Assembly (NCBI RefSeq): GCF_033153115.1
Contig: NW_026889796.1
Location: 15,438,001 to 15,502,000, forward strand
Reading direction: 5' to 3'
Length of the DNA: 64,000 nt
From: Saccostrea echinata
Taxonomy: Eukaryota
Part shown: piece after piece, positions 62,906 to 64,000 of the stretch
Layout: each line of letters starts with the position of its first letter
How positions within the stretch are numbered: position 1 is the stretch's first letter
Program-made: the position numbers and the translations under genes
The notes under the pieces: model-generated
Databases searched by the model: none
Seen by the model: the letters and a program-made list of their open reading frames with translations, nothing else
What the model was told of the DNA's origin: nothing

Positions 62906-63138
62906 AACAAGATGTGTTTGTGAAACATTGATGCCCCCTTATGACAGCTCATTGTCAAGGTTAAAGTTTCTCAAATGCAAGTCAAATTCTAAGGTCTTGA
63001 GATCAAAAATGTTGTTTAGCAAGGAAAGGTAATATCACAAGGAATGCACAAGTGAAATATGAAAACCCTAGCACTAACAGTTCAAAAGTTATGACCAAGT
63101 TTTACGTTTTTCAAAAGAAGGTCAAACTTCAAGGTCAT
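62906..63138. mobile_element. Truncated copy of the 38183-39327 HINE family
   Basis: acaagatgtgtttgtgaaacattgatgccccc..caaggttaaagtttctcaaatgcaagtcaaa..gtgaaatatgaaaaccctagcac. Confidence 0.8.
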
Positions 63139-63711
63139 TGAAGAATTGAACATCAAATCTCCTTCTACGATTCATTTGATGAAAGAGATAGAATACTTTT
63201 CCTCCAAGAATGGAAAAGTCAAGGTTAAGGTATTCACGCAATGTATAATGAAGGGATATTGAATAATTTTGAATTAAGTGTGTATTGCTAGATAACGATG
63301 AAAGTGAAATGAACCAAATTCATATGATTCAAGGTGCAATTAATTGAACAATAATCAAAATTTCGTAAATTTCTTTGGTGGAGTATTTTTATTTGATAAC
63401 ACCTTCAAAATGCTACCATGATTAATAACATCGGATCATTCATTTATTAGCTACAAAATATGGTCGTTATACATTAATAATAACCTTAACTCAGCCCTTC
63501 TTGAAAAAGTGTAAGAAAATGCTAAATATCAAATCGTACTTTTTCTGGTCTAAAAGTGCCATATGAATTTTTTGCAATGAAAGTAGGGAGGAAGTAAGCG
63601 GTCAAAATGTTTGTTAGGCCAAGAAATTTTAAAATGTCGTTTGATGGTTGTTTGTTAATAGGTCTAAGATCAACTCCAAAATCAAAATATTTTAAGGCCT
63701 GACATCTTTTA

Positions 63712-64000
63712 TTTAGTAGTCATATTCCAACATCACCTGCATATGGTGTTAACGTCTCGCAACTGATTGTTAGGCAAGGGCATGATCTGAGTACGATCAA
63801 TTTTTAAACCGGGGCATGCTACCGACAAATAATTGATATTATTTTGTACGTTGGGTCGAATAATGTCTGACATACTAGTATCTCATATCAATTGTTAGGT
63901 CATTGTTTGTAAACTTGATTTGACTACGGATCACTCCGTCTAGCTGATCAATACATTGAGCTCACGGTCGATAGGGGAAGCTTACTTCTCTTAGGCACCT
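63712..64000 (+). mobile_element. Penelope-like element 3' fragment
   Basis: SSHIPTSPAYGVNVSQLI motif; same family as 3945-4722. Confidence 0.7.

Overview
AT-rich, intron-containing animal genomic DNA. The repeat content (Helentron/HINE satellite-carrying elements, Nin/Deu-domain SINEs, Penelope-like fragments) points to a bivalve, most likely an oyster (inference). I spliced six + strand genes by hand from GT-AG boundaries and reading-frame phase: (1) a CD225/dispanin (PRRT1/IFITM-like) gene with its start exon unresolved; (2) a complete 13-exon DAW1/WDR69/ODA16 gene (415 aa); (3-5) three tandem paralogous small type-I membrane proteins of the six-cysteine CYYR1/Shisa-like type with cytoplasmic PPxY motifs, the middle one carrying an extra phase-1/1 WAP-domain exon; (6) a CUB + Thr-rich stalk gene that is truncated or pseudogenised. 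Introns and intergenic DNA hold many nested elements: a decayed Ngaro/DIRS-type tyrosine-recombinase retrotransposon with an SGNH hydrolase, bracketed by ~90-bp inverted repeats; a tRNA-LTR TRIM (Helenus-type) with PBS, PPT and 4-bp TSD; an L2/CR1-type LINE with TSD; HINEs; MITEs; and five unrelated fold-back palindromes sharing a C-GNA/GNNA-G apex. The most notable signals are the WAP-CYYR1/Shisa-like fusion receptor, eight near-identical splice acceptors ahead of DAW1 exon 3 of which only the last is productive, the asymmetric-LTR TRIM and the shared hairpin apex. There are two N gaps (13109-13275, 54088-54279). No prokaryotic features (CRISPR, operons) are present.
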